Shown one piece after another: positions 41,600-54,452 of a stretch of DNA of 64,000 nucleotides. Both the position numbers and the translations under genes were made by a program. The notes under the pieces were generated by a model that was given only the letters and a program-made list of their open reading frames with translations, did no database searches and was not told the DNA's origin. Source of the DNA: Octopus vulgaris. Its lineage: Eukaryota. Numbering within the stretch: the stretch's first letter is position 1; each line of letters starts with the position of its first letter. The DNA is taken from assembly GCA_951406725.2 (NCBI GenBank), contig OX597836.1, forward strand, positions 7,626,001 through 7,690,000. Reading direction: 5' to 3'.

Positions 41600-42460
41600 A
41601 AAGCAGCAGGAACAGTAGTTATTTATTAGTTACATTATTGAGTATGCTAACACTGGGAAGACTTTGAGAAGACGCTATCTCAGGCTTTGCAATTCTTATT
41701 CCATCTTACAGAGATCGACAGTGAACCCATTCAGTGCATGTTTGAGATTACCTTCTGATGAGCCAAGTAGCACCATGTTGTCTGCAAATATCAGCTGACT
41801 GATTTTACATCCGATTAATTACGATCCCCCTTCCACAACAGCTGTGTATGTCAATCCAGTACATAAAAATTATGAAAAGGAGAGGTGGCAATATGCAGCC
41901 CTGTTAAAGTCCAACACCCACATTGAAAGCACCATTTACCCACATGCAAGCATCTGGGCATTCATTTAGGGACTTCATGGCAACTAAAAATTATCCATTA
42001 ATTTCAAACTCCCGTAAAGTCCTCCACAGAATATCCATTGACCCATGGTCATATGCTTTTCAAAGACTACAAAGCAAGGGCACATCTTAGTAATATTTCC
42101 ACAATACTATAGGGTGAATATCTGGTTAGTTGTGCTGCATCCAGGACAGAAGTGACACTATTCTTCAGCTAACATGGGCTTGACAATCTCCCTACATCTT
42201 TTTACCAGACATCCAGCATAGATTTTGCTGGGGAGGCTCGACAAGGAAAATATATTTGTAATTAGAGCACTCTTGGGTATCTTTTTAAGAATTAGGATTA
42301 TCACTCCAGATTGCCACTGCTCTGCTAGTTTTCCAAAGGTCCAAGTCACCTGGCATATAGAAGCCAACCAGAAAATACTCCCTCTGTTTAAGGCTTTTAA
42401 AATCTTTGGTCCAATTTCAATGCCACAGGAGAAAGAATTAAGAAAACAGGTTCTTTAAGC
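41600..42460 (-). mobile_element. Decayed RTE-clade LINE RT fragment (Expander/Rex3-like)
   Basis: WQSGVIILILKK, SLPSKIYAGCL, CHFCPGCSTTNQIFTL, CFVVFEKAYD and LIFADNMVLL (FADD motif). Confidence 0.8.
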
Positions 42461-44511
42461 CAAGCCAACAAGCAGGAGACCTAGGGGCAGATGAAGAGTG
42501 AGATGGTTGGATAATATCCACAGTCTCAACTACTCATGCTTGGGAATTCAGCAAGTGTAATGAAGGTTGCTTTTTATAGGACCTGTTGGAGTAGGTGCCT
42601 GAGGATTCAGTTCCCATGATACTTCAAGGAATAGACGGATTATGTAGTAAGATGTCTTTCATGACGAGGAACATCAATCAGCACTACCATTAATGGCAGG
42701 GCAGAGGCATGCTTATGGAGTTAAGGTATTCACTTTGCAACCACCATGGTGCCACATGCAATCCCAGGGTGGTACTTGGAGCAAATGTCTTCTACCATAG
42801 TACTGGGCTAAATATTTTGTGGCTGGAATTTGGTAGCTAGAAACTATGCAGATGCTTGGTATATGTACTCATGTATGTGCATCTCTTTGCTGAATTATAT
42901 TGGCAAGAAAAGAAAAAATAAATAAAAAAGGGTGCTTTACAAAAACCCCATCGTAACTGTTGCTGTCAGAAAAACATTGACCAAGTGACTGGTCCGACAG
43001 AAAATCGTAACCAATGATTGGTGTTCACAAATTGGGGTATAAAATAAACATAAGATAGATAAGATTGGTTGAGAAATATGGAAGTACTGACTTCACTGCT
43101 GTCAAATAAGGAGAGTGAGCTTTCTTAGAGTGGAACAATTTTATACAAGAACAGATATGAAGCCCAGCACAGGATCTGTCCTTACACTGTACATGCTGCT
43201 GCCCATGTCTTTTAACTGGTTATGTGGTGTACAAGTCTGGGCATATTTGTTTGTTTTTATGATTTTATTATCAGCAAGCGAAGTAGCAGAGCATTGGACC
43301 ATAACCTTTCCTGACTTACATGGATTGGTGAGATTGATGTTTATCTTGAATATATTCAGTTTATCTTTTGTTTCAGTCCTCAGGCTGCAATGCTACCTTG
43401 AAGGGTTTAGTTGAACAAATTGACCTAACTACTTATAAGCAAGCACATACACGAATGGCTTCCACACAGTTTCCATCTACCAAATTCAGTCACAAAGCAT
43501 TGGTCAATCCAGGACTATAGAAGACATTTGACCCTTGGGCAAAGTGCTGCACAGAGGGACTGAACGTGAAACCATGTAGTTGCAAGGCAAGCTTGTTAAC
43601 CACACAGCCAGGTCTATGTTTTAATATAATTAAGAAGAAGGTGCCATGTGGGAAAGCACCAGCCTGGCACCATGAAGAAAAGCGCACGTCCTGGTGCCAT
43701 GAAGAAAACACCCAGGATGGCGCCATGTAGAAAAGCATACAGCCATAGAAACCAAGCCAAAACAGACTGAAGCCTGGTGCTGCCACCATAGGCAGAAACT
43801 GAAAGAAACTCATCATGTGTGTGTGTAAATATATGTCCATGTACTTTCATGTCTATGTCCCCCATCCCATTTGACAACTGGTGTTGGTGTGTTTACATCC
43901 TTGTAACTTAATGTTCAGCAAAAGAGACCCGATAGAGTAAGTACTGCTCCAGTATAGCTGCAGTCTAATGATTAAACAAGTAAAAGATAAATATACATCT
44001 CATTATTTAAAGTTCATGTTCCATCCTGTATCCGGATAGCTACGAGGCTTGTGGCACTTGTTGCACCAGACCAATATAAGTATGGAGAATGAAAATATTG
44101 GACTGGTTCTGTGCAAACCATGCTGCTATAATATTCACCGCACAGATTGTTCAGCCAACATAGACACCAACACTATAATGCTTTCTTCACAATTCCAGTG
44201 GCAACAGAGAAAGAAGCAATGTGGACATGTAGAAGATGCTACTCGAAGACTTCAGCTTCAACCCTGCACAAAGGTGGCCTTAGGGTGATGATAGTTTTCC
44301 ATAGATTTGGTGCAGATGGGCAGATGTGGATTTTTATACTGTCTGAAGGATAAGACAAAACATTCCACTAGGAACACTGCAGCTGTATCAATCTGAACCT
44401 TCATTCACAGTGACAACAAAGTCCAACAAAAATCATCACCATCATTTAACATCCATTTTCCATACTGACATGGTTTTTACAGTTGGATGCCCTTGCTAAT
44501 GCCAACCACAG

Positions 44512-44544
<33 letters not shown>

Positions 44545-44564
44545 CATACACACACACACACACA

Positions 44565-44910
44565 CAGGCTTGGCTGTGTGCTAAGAAGCTTGCTCCCCAA
44601 CCACATGGTACCAGGTTCAGTCCCACTGCATGGTACCTTGGGCAAGTGTATTCTATTATAGCCTCGGGAAGACCAAAGCCTTGTGAGCAAATTTGGTAGA
44701 TGGAAACTGGAAGATGTCTGTTGTACATGTATGTGTATGTGTGTATTTGTGTTTGTCCCCCCCACCATCACTTGACAACTGATGCTGGTGCGTTTAGATC
44801 CCTGTAACTTAGTTTTTCAGCAAAAGAGACCAATAGAATAAGTAGTAGGCTTACAAAGAATAAGTCTTTAAGGCAGTGCTCCATGGCTGCAATCAAATGA
44901 CTGAAACAAT
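44565..44910 (+). mobile_element. tRNA-headed SINE family B (representative copy; more than ten in the window)
   Basis: GGCTGTGTG(G)TAAGAAGCTTGCT...GGTTCAGTCCCACTGC..GGCACCTTGGGCAAGTG...GCCTTGTGAG...GGAAACTG with A/B-box-like head. Also near 14775(-), 18778, 22235(-), 24005(-), 24775, 27745, 36395, 39665, 40440, 43455(-), 59990(-). Confidence 0.85.
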
Positions 44911-44979
44911 ATATATTTTGATTTTGATTTTTCCAGTTTCAGCTAATGAGCTGTGGCCATGCTGGGGCACCGCCATAGA

Positions 44980-45775
44980 AGTTTTGCAAACAACTTGCAC
45001 ATGCAAGTGCTACCCGTCGAAAGCTCCACATACTGGAAACCACCATATGTATGGGCTCATCAGGAGAGAATGTGCATGGTTTCAGGGCCTACTTCTCGAT
45101 GGCATCATTGCGCACGCCCCCCACCCCTCACCCTTACTGATATGAGGCCCTGCTTGCTAGATCAACTGGTTGTCAAAAGTAGCTCAATATTCTTCTAGCC
45201 ATCACTCATTGTCTCTTTTTAACCAAATCCAGTGGCTAACCTTTCCCACTGTAGTTTGGATAACGGTCACGGTGTTATTTACTTTACGATGAGTTAGGCC
45301 TAAAGGTAACTGTCGCTTCACACCGTGTTCAACGAATCCTCTACATCAGACTTTGATTGGAAAATGCTCTGCTTCCCAGCTGGCATCTTCACATTCCTCA
45401 TGGAGACTTACATAACAGACAATCTTTCAAGCCTGAGCAGTGTCCATGTTATCTTCATGAGGAGCCGTTAACTCGACTAGATTCACCACTTTCTTTCACA
45501 CCACATAATAGCTGGTATTTTCCTAACTGGGATGACAAAGAATCCTTGGCACCCTGTTAAATCTGCAGCCAACTCCGAATAGCCGTTGCACTTTTCATCG
45601 CTCACAGGAAGTTTCTTCTTGAAATGGATCTGCTATCCTAAGCGCACAAATGTAATGAAATCATTGGTTGGTTCTTTCAATAATTTTTCCCACTGTTGAC
45701 GAGAGCAATTTGGTTCTTTATAGCATTGAAGATAACCTTAAGGACCAGGTTGTGTCTCCATGTATTTCTATTCAA
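44980..45775 (-). mobile_element. 5'-truncated RLE-type non-LTR retrotransposon, HERO/NeSL-like, with 3' UTR
   Basis: Minus-strand relics TWRHNLVLKVIF, ELAADL, KVVNLVELTAPHEDNM, FPIKV*CRGFV and KVSHWIWLKR match the RHxxVL and restriction-like endonuclease motifs of HERO-clade elements (clade call from memory). Confidence 0.75.
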
Positions 45776-48630
45776 TGCTAGTGAACAGTTGGAAAGAATA
45801 TGCATGTATGGCATTAGGAAGGGCATCCTGCCCTAGATACCATGCCAAAACAGACACTGGAGTACAATGCAGTCCTTGGGACCTATAAGATCCAGTCAAA
45901 CTGTGCAACCCATGCCAGCATGGAACATGGACATTATATGGCGAAATATGTGAGTGCTTGTATATATTTGTGTCTTCTTGTCTTGAAAAAGCATAATAGT
46001 TGTAAATGAGTGTCACTCATACAAGCAGCAGCCTCCATTTCCAGAAGTCTGTGAAAACATTTTTGGCCATGGGAGAAATATTACCATATTTGAAAACAGA
46101 TGCGGGTTGGCGACAAGAGAGGCAGCCATCTATAGAGAATCTTAAATTCAATTAGAATCATTCAAGCACGGAAAAGTAAATATTAAAAACAACGAGGATG
46201 TTGATGTATTTTATGACATCAAGAAGAAACTTGACCTACTCCCACACTGGTATGTAATGACACCCGCACCACCACGCTATATGTATGAAGGGGGTAAATG
46301 TAGGCCAGTATTTGCGTCATCGGCTCATTACTAATTTTCAGAGGAGTGTCGACTATGATTGCTTTCCGTCAGAGTTTACTCATTTTCATACTGTCCCGTC
46401 TCTGGCTCTTTGATCCAAAACTACCTTACATTGTAATATTATCCAATCTCTTATGTTCCAAACACCAGCTTCATATTACAATATGTGACACAAATTGTTT
46501 TACTCAACCTCTTCAAATTTCTTTTCAAGTTAAAATTTAACCAAAACAGAGATATTGTTATTTCATAAGAAATATAGTTATAAAGGGGTTAGATTGGGGA
46601 TTCCCAACCGATTTTTGCCTTTGGATTCCCTTTGATTTTAATTTTACTCTACTGGACCCATGCAGTGTATAAAAAAAATCCTATTATATTCTTATAATTA
46701 AATATCATTAGAAATTGTAAGAAAAGTTCATTAAAATATTTTGTGTATTGTAGAAACACAACCAAAATCTTATATGGACCCCCAAGGGTTATGTGTGCCC
46801 CAACTGAGAACCAGTGGGTTAGGTAAGGGGGGTCTGTAAAAGAGATATTCAGAACTAGTTGTCTACATAAACATGTACATGAAGGTATAGTCTCATTTAA
46901 AAGGTAATGAGTTTCTGAATGTTGGATAACTGTCAAAGATCCTTTTAGTAAGATAGGAAGGTGACAACTGAAAGAACTTTTCTTTCACTCGCTGAGTCTG
47001 GAGGGAAGGGGCTGTGCAGTACCTTTGTAGATCCTCCAAGGCTGGTGTGTTTGAAAGCATTTGTTGATGTTTTGTTTAATCTTTTAGGATTCAGATTACT
47101 TTGTCAAATGTATTGCTTAATTATTCACATTGTTTTGAATTAATCATGCACAACCTAGCAGCTTTGAGATTTCAATGATGGGATTGCTTATTTTCAGAAT
47201 GACAGTGTAAAGTAGGTATGAGAGGCTGGATCTGGCTGGTTTGAACATAAAACAGGTAGAACATCTGGGCCAAATACAGCTGGTTTAGTGCCAAACAGTT
47301 AAATTGTTGCATGTCAACACAAAACCAACCCTAATTGAAAAGACCTAAAATGAAAGGCATTTGCTACAGGTGTTGACCAGCAACAGTTTAAATAGAACAT
47401 TAATAGCAACAACCTCATCAGTTTCAGATGACCCACAAAGGGTCTGGGCACTGCCCTTTCCCCACAAACTCAGCAACTATAAATTTTTTTTAAAAATCCA
47501 GTTGTGACCATTCTGTTATTGGACATATCTCTGACTAGGTTATCCTGTATTGCCTTTGAAATGAAACCCAGTATCTTCAGGCATATGCTTGTGTGACAAT
47601 AACATGCACAAAGCAGTGGCTTTCAACAAGCACTGCAGTAACTGGTTTCACTCACCAAAGTTACGATGAGTTTACAACTTACAAGAGTTGTCTGTTTGGT
47701 GATCCTAGACAAGTTATTTACTTTAATAGAGTTTAGCTAAAAATATGTACATGTGGGCCAATCCTGCTTCTTACAGAGGAATAAGGGCCAAATTCATTAC
47801 ACAATTCCTTCAAAAATTTTACTGCAAGCAGCCAGAATTATTTACAAAGATGACCTCAAAGTATTTCATCAGATAGTTACTCATAAAAAAAAAATTATCA
47901 ATTTCTCTATTTTGAGAACCAGCTGAATACGATCATATGGTCTATTCAGTTACAAGCATTTAGGCGAAGTCTCCAGGCTGAGAATGACTTCCTCAAAACC
48001 AGTCTTGGAGACCCTAGAAATATTGGAGGTTGCTGCTCTTTTTACTCAGTGGACTAAGTCTAGTTTTGATTCCTATTTTACTCAGGTTGGCATACACATC
48101 CCATAGCCATTTGATGTTTAAACAAAAAAATCCTATTTTTTTATACAGTTAAATATTATTAGGAATGCCTAAAAAAATTGTTGTTGTGTATTGTAGAAGA
48201 CTAACCAATTTATTGATCATAAATTTTAACAAAATCTTATATGGACTGTCAAGGATCCTATGGATGGATCCTGGTTGAGAAGCACTGCTCCAAGTCAGAG
48301 AAAAATTAACATTGAAAACTTGATCAACATATTTTTAAACAAGTGCCGTGGCCCCGTAGTTGAGACAACTCTGCTTGGCTTCAGTTGGACTGTCAATAGT
48401 TGTTTCCACACTTAACTTCACAAATGAATGGTTAGCAAGAAGGGTAGCCAGCTGCAAAAGCAATTACTGCAACATCAACAACAAACTCCCACCGCCACCA
48501 CTTCACTCAAGCTAACATGGAATATGAGAATATATATAATCTGGTTCACAAGAAACATAGCTTCATAGCTTTGGTGAGATATTTAATTGAAGACTCCACA
48601 CGAAAACTATCTTCGGTGTTATATGTACAT

Positions 48631-48666
<36 letters not shown>

Positions 48667-51335
48667 TACACGAAGCTTGGTTTAAATTCTTCTACTGGCC
48701 TCAGTCAGGCTGAGGCACCGCCTTCTTGGTAGGCGAAGGATATTGTTTGATTATATGCATTAAATTCACCCCAGAAAGATAAAAGGAAGATTAAGTGAAC
48801 CTGTAGGGCTTAATCACAGCAAATGCTTCACGTATCCTGTTCAATCTATTTACAATTGCAATTAAACACCAATCAATCGTTGGATGTTATTTGAAAATGA
48901 GGAAAATAAAATGCAAATGGGGAGACAGAAAAATAATTGATAGCGTTTTTATAGTTTGGAGAAAAATTTAAATAGCACCACAGATCACGTACATACACAC
49001 TTGAAAAATCTCAACTTTTCACTATTCTACTCTCGTCTATAGATTTTATAAAAAGCAGTAGCGGTAAACTTCGGTATTTTTCAAATATTATATATTATTT
49101 TTCAAACAATAATATAAAAACTGGGTCTTTTTATCATCATTAAAAAAAAAAAAAGACAATAGGATGGGTCATTATTCCACCAGTAGGATTGGTCCCAGAG
49201 TATGTAGGGACGGAAGGATCCGAGGCGGGGAGGGGTGTAGCTAGATGATAGCTGGCAATTAAATAGACGGAATCAGAACATACATGATTAAACGAAAGGA
49301 ATGGGTTAATCCTTCCAGCTTGCCTTCCGAAATGGGCAAGGCAGAGACTGTATCAAGTTTGGATGGAGATGAAAGTCCCTCCATAGAAGTTTTTTGGCAA
49401 ACAGTGTAGATAGAAAACACATTTTTGGCATCTAATTAATTTACAATGTCTGAAAGATTAGCAGAACGGTGGTGGTGATATTGGAAAGCACATAAACCCA
49501 AGTCACGTTTGCCATGTAAATAGAAAGATTTGCATTCTTAATAATGGTTACTAGTCGTGGTGCTACTACTACCAGAGAAATTATGTAAAGAAGGCTTCCG
49601 GTAACATATGTGTATGTGTGTGTAGCACTCACATGAACACTGTGTGTATGTATGTATGTATATATATATAAAGCACTCCTATACCACTAGAGCCGTTCAT
49701 TTTTATTTTTGCTAGACTTAGTTTCTCGAGTTAAGAATCTACGTAGATTCAATAAAAAAGAATGCAGTATTTCAGAGCAAGACAAAAAATTTAATGAAAA
49801 TCAACAGTATGAACCATAGTAATATAAACACTACTACGACTACTACTACTACTAATAATAATAATAATAATACAGCTGAGGCCTTATTTTTCGAAGTCGT
49901 AACCAAAATTGCCTCAAATGGTATCAGTTATTTATCTAGCGGAAGTTAATATGTCCTAGAAAGTAGGATAGACGACTAAAAATTCCAGTCATCAGACGAG
50001 TGAACAGAGAGAAGAGAAGGGGGGGAAAAAAACTGTGGAGCAAGACGAGAGAGAGTGGGCGAGAGGAAATGTAAGAGGAAAAAGACGACCACCAAGTGAA
50101 AAGTGTGGCCCATAAAACTATCGTCGAATTCAGCAGCAGAAAAACTGTAGATTTTATAAATTAAGAGCGAAAAGAAAACCTAAACCCTCTTAGATATCGC
50201 CTATCCGAATTATTTTGTTAATTATTATTTCAATGTCATAAAATATGTGGAACTCCACTCCAAAGAAATAACTATAATAGGCGTGGACACGCACACACAC
50301 ATTATTATACATATATATTTGTGTGTGTGTATGTATATGTATGTATAATGTGTGTGTGTGTAAATAAATAAATATATATATACATGTATATATAAACATA
50401 CACGCATTCTTATACATGATATTTATATGGATATAATAAATGCGAGTGCGCCTGTAAGTAGTTTGTGTGTAGATGAGGTGTTTTGAAAGACATCAAATTA
50501 TAGTAAATTGAGTGACTGTTTTAATTGTAATTGAGTAAGAGAAAAAACAAAATAAAATAAATAAAAATTATAAACCCGCTGAATAAATAGTCGGTCCGTG
50601 ACTGAAAGAGATTTTTTTTAAATGAAAGGAAAGTAATGACAGAGTAGGAAAAGGCTTGAGAAGTTTTACGGGATTAGACCAAAATGGGTTGGCACAGAAG
50701 TTTGTCACCGAAATAGTCAACTATAATTAAATTATAATTATCTAGATACACTGAGATTTCAATAATAAAAAATAAATAATAATAAATAGGTCAATTTTAA
50801 AAGAGTCTTCTAAAACTGAATAAATTTCTGTTTGAAAAAAAATCTAAAATGACAAGTAATTGATCGTAACAGGTTTTATAATCTTTCTACAGAGTTTAGC
50901 TTCTTAAAAAAGTTGTGACTGACGAGTGTATTGTATTGTAAGTGATGGTAGGAAGTTGGTAATAATTAGTAGAGCGTTGGGGGAGGTTAACGATGGGGAA
51001 AACTTCTGAAGTGATCCTTGTAATTCTTAAGAAATCAGAGCAGATTTCTCGGCTACGTCGCCTGAGAAAAATTGCTAATTTGTCTTTTTAAATAAAATAA
51101 CATCAAACATAATAATGATTACATTGAAGACAAGACACTGTGGAATTTCTGTTGATAGTTTTCAGTGTATGAGCTCACTGGGATCTTATAATAAATTGGT
51201 GTTTTTGGCTGGGAGGAGAAGAGGGGAAAAAAAGCGTTTTTGAAGAGATTCGGCAACGAACGTGTGTTGTAGGAGTGTTAAGTAAAAAGTGAAGGATAAA
51301 GCTGGATAAGTTTGAGAATTTAGGACATTACATAC

Positions 51336-51370
51336 CCATCACCAACAACCACACATTTGATTGCTTGCAT
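51336..51370 (-). CDS. Rac1: Rac exon 1 (MQAIKCVVVGD-G), 35 nt
   Basis: Minus strand reads ATG CAA GCA ATC AAA TGT GTG GTT GTT GGT GAT GG|gtatgt; same length and phase as vertebrate RAC1 exon 1. Confidence 0.96.
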
Positions 51371-51453
51371 TCTTGACGAGTTCTGTATCAGAATTGCCAA
51401 TCCAAAGTTAATCTGACAAAGTTTGCCAGTTGTTACGACTCTTGTCAACTTTA

Positions 51454-51479
51454 CGGAAGTAAGGTTGAAAATGGCTGCC
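51454..51479. promoter_or_regulatory. ETS (CGGAAGT) and YY1 (AAAATGGCTGCC) motifs in the Rac core promoter or 5' UTR
   Basis: CGGAAGT at 51454-51460 and AAAATGGCTGCC at 51468-51479, about 85-110 nt upstream of the ATG. This pair is typical of housekeeping promoters. Confidence 0.55.
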
Positions 51480-51709
51480 TTCTTCAGTATTACAAGCAGA
51501 GCTAGCCTTTTTCAGCAATCACATCCGCATATAGATACGCAAATGAAAGCTATAAAGTTTTTACATACCTACTCCTTATAAAAATAAGATTTTTTAAATA
51601 TTACACATTCAATAAATATTATCGAGCATTTTTTCTATTTTTTTTAATTAGTAATATTGATATTATGCTTTTTTTGTGTTTTGATTTCCTGCAGTCTTCG
51701 AAGATGTAA

Positions 51710-51889
<180 letters not shown>

Positions 51890-52610
51890 TAAATGTTTAT
51901 TTAGCATAATTACCTGACGACCAAACATTCTTTTGTTTTTATTTCAATCCTTCGCTCCGGTCAAGTACATACCTTGATGTTTTCTTTCTAGCAGACGGAT
52001 ATTTCTTTAAAGACGCATCACATATATACAAACTTAAAAACAAAAGAACAATACAGAAGAAAATGCAAACATATATTCTATAAATACGCTCATTTCTTTT
52101 ATGTATATAAATATTCTGTTGTCACGTGAAAACCTTCAAACTTCAAATAGGCCAGGGAACCTACCTGTCATTTTACACACGTGTCCTTCGCGATGGGTGA
52201 CATATTAACAACTCGCCCACTCTCCACCAAAACAGGTAGTAACACCATTATCTACCTGTCTAGACAACATCTTATTGAATCGCGTTACTTTCATTTCAAA
52301 GTAAACAATCCTTCAATTCTGTATGGAACTCTGGATATGTTTACCTGTAGAAATTATTAGGCTGTCTTGCCAGACGTAAAGAAATCGCTATATAATATTC
52401 CCAGTCCCCCACGCCAGTTATGATAGGTTAACCATACCTGTAAAAACCAATAAATGTTTTTTTATTACCATGGAATTTAACAATGCTTACAAGTTTATTC
52501 AATGAATGATGCTGCTAGGCCCGACTCTCATCTTCACTACACCTATAACAGGTAGCTATGAAGATGCATCTACTTACCTAGATTGACAATATGAAGATTT
52601 GAAATAAGAT

Positions 52611-52741
52611 AACGGGGCTCTTGAATATAACCCTGGCGAAAGTAAAGAATACGCCCAACACCCTTTTCCGGCGGTTAGTTTTAGGGTTACGCCGGAAAAA
52701 CGGGATGGTGTGCGTATTCTTTACCTCCGCCAGAACCCGTT
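52611..52741. mobile_element. CpG-rich foldback element with a TTAGGG-containing loop
   Basis: Arms 52633-52673 and 52690-52733 are near reverse complements; loop GTTAGTTTTAGGGTTA. Confidence 0.7.
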
Positions 52742-53904
52742 CATGCATGCAATGGAATTGCAACTCTGTTGTGAGAGCGTCGGAGAAAATGCTTCAGGTT
52801 ATTTTTCCCGGTTCTTTTACGCTCCGACTTCAAACTCCGCCGAAATCAACTTCGCCTTTCATCCTGGGGCCAATAAAATAAAGTACTAGTCAAATACTTG
52901 GGTCATTGATATCGGCTAACATCCTCCCCTGAAAAATGCAGGCGTTATACCTTAATTAGAAATATTTATTTGTCCCCCCACCCCTAACAAGGAATCTGCT
53001 TGTCCAAACCATAATCTTGAAGAAGGGCCATTATGGAATATAAAGTTGATGGTAAAACATTGAACAAAAATTTATTCTTTGCATTTTCTATACATTTTAA
53101 TTTAATCAGTAATGGTTTGGCACAAGATCGCATTTTGGGGAAGGAGCAGGGACAACTTACAATTGATAAATTAACCCATTTATTTGACTGGTATTTTATT
53201 AAATCAATGCTTGGAAGGATGAAAAGGTAAAGTTGACTTCATCAGAATTTGAACTGAGGAAGTTGAGGGGACTGGCTAAATGCTGAAAAGCATTTCGTTT
53301 GGTTCTGCCACACCACTGTCCATTAATATTTATAATTTCTAACACAGGCACAGTGCCACAAATATGAAGTGAGGGGAGTTAGACAATTAATATAGACCCA
53401 TTCTATATGGTTGGTACTTTAGCCTTCTAGTGTTTAAACTGGCCATATCCGACCACAATATTCCATCTGTTTTATGTTCAAACTGGCAAGATCCAACCTC
53501 TTGCACCTACCCTACAATGTCATTCTAAGAATAAACAGTCATATAACTGAAATCTCAAAGCTACAAGATAATGCATGATTAATTCAAATTAATATGAATA
53601 AATGAGTATTACATTTGACTGAGGAATCTAAATGCTAAAGCGTTTATAAACCTGCAAGGATGGAAAGCAAAGTTGATGTCAGCAGGACTTGAACTCAGAA
53701 CATAAAGGAAGGTAACCAAATAATGAAACTCATTTTTGTTTTGATGCATCATTGATTCTTGAGAGTGAGATCTTGTTTCTATTGTAAAGTTGTTTTTTTT
53801 TATAAGGATCTGATTCAGAGTTTGATATAAATTCACATTATTAAAATTAAAATCAAGATAGACTAGTCCAAGTATTGCACTTATGGATCCTTAAAAAAAT
53901 GGTG

Positions 53905-54065
53905 CTGGTGGTATGTAAAAAGCATCCAGTACACTCTGTAAAGTGGTTGCTGTTAGGAAGAGCATCCAGCTGTAGAAACCATGTGAAAACAACGAAACCT
54001 GGTACAGCTCCTATCAAACCATCCAAACCATACCAATAGATGTTAAATGATGAAGACGATGATAT
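53905..54065 (+). repeat. Dispersed repeat family D (AGTGGTTGGCATTAGGAAGGGCATCCAGCTGTAGAAACC...CCCATGCCAGCATGG...(GAT)n); representative copy
   Basis: Recurs near 1275, 21365, 28560(-), 33770, 41140(-), 45805, 56965(-), 59215 and 60440(-). Confidence 0.75.
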
Positions 54066-54452
54066 AAGACATGTTATTACCAATGGGTGAGTTTGTTTAT
54101 GAAAGCTTGACTGTGCTAGCAATAATACCCCACTAGCATCATCATCATCAACATTGTGCCATGTTTTCCCATTCTTGCATAGGTTAGACAGGTCTTCTGC
54201 AACACTATCTTACCACTCATGGTCTCCTTTGTGAGACTCAGCATCCTATGATCCCCTTTGACCACTTCTTTTCTCGTCTGCCTCCACCTAAGCCTTCCTC
54301 TTCCATAGATTCCTTCCTCTTTGGTTGCTTACTACAACTGTCCTCCCTCATCTACATCAGGTATCCATATCAGCTCAGTCTCCTGTCCTCCACATTACAT
54401 CTCATCAATAGCAAAGCATGAGTATGTTGACCACATAGGGTGGCCACTTATT

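Noticed and set aside
51471-51581. Plus-strand ATG GCT GCC ORF (MAAFFSITSRAS...) as a divergent gene start
   Set aside because: It stops after about 36 codons with no convincing donor, and the ATGGC is explained by the YY1 motif.
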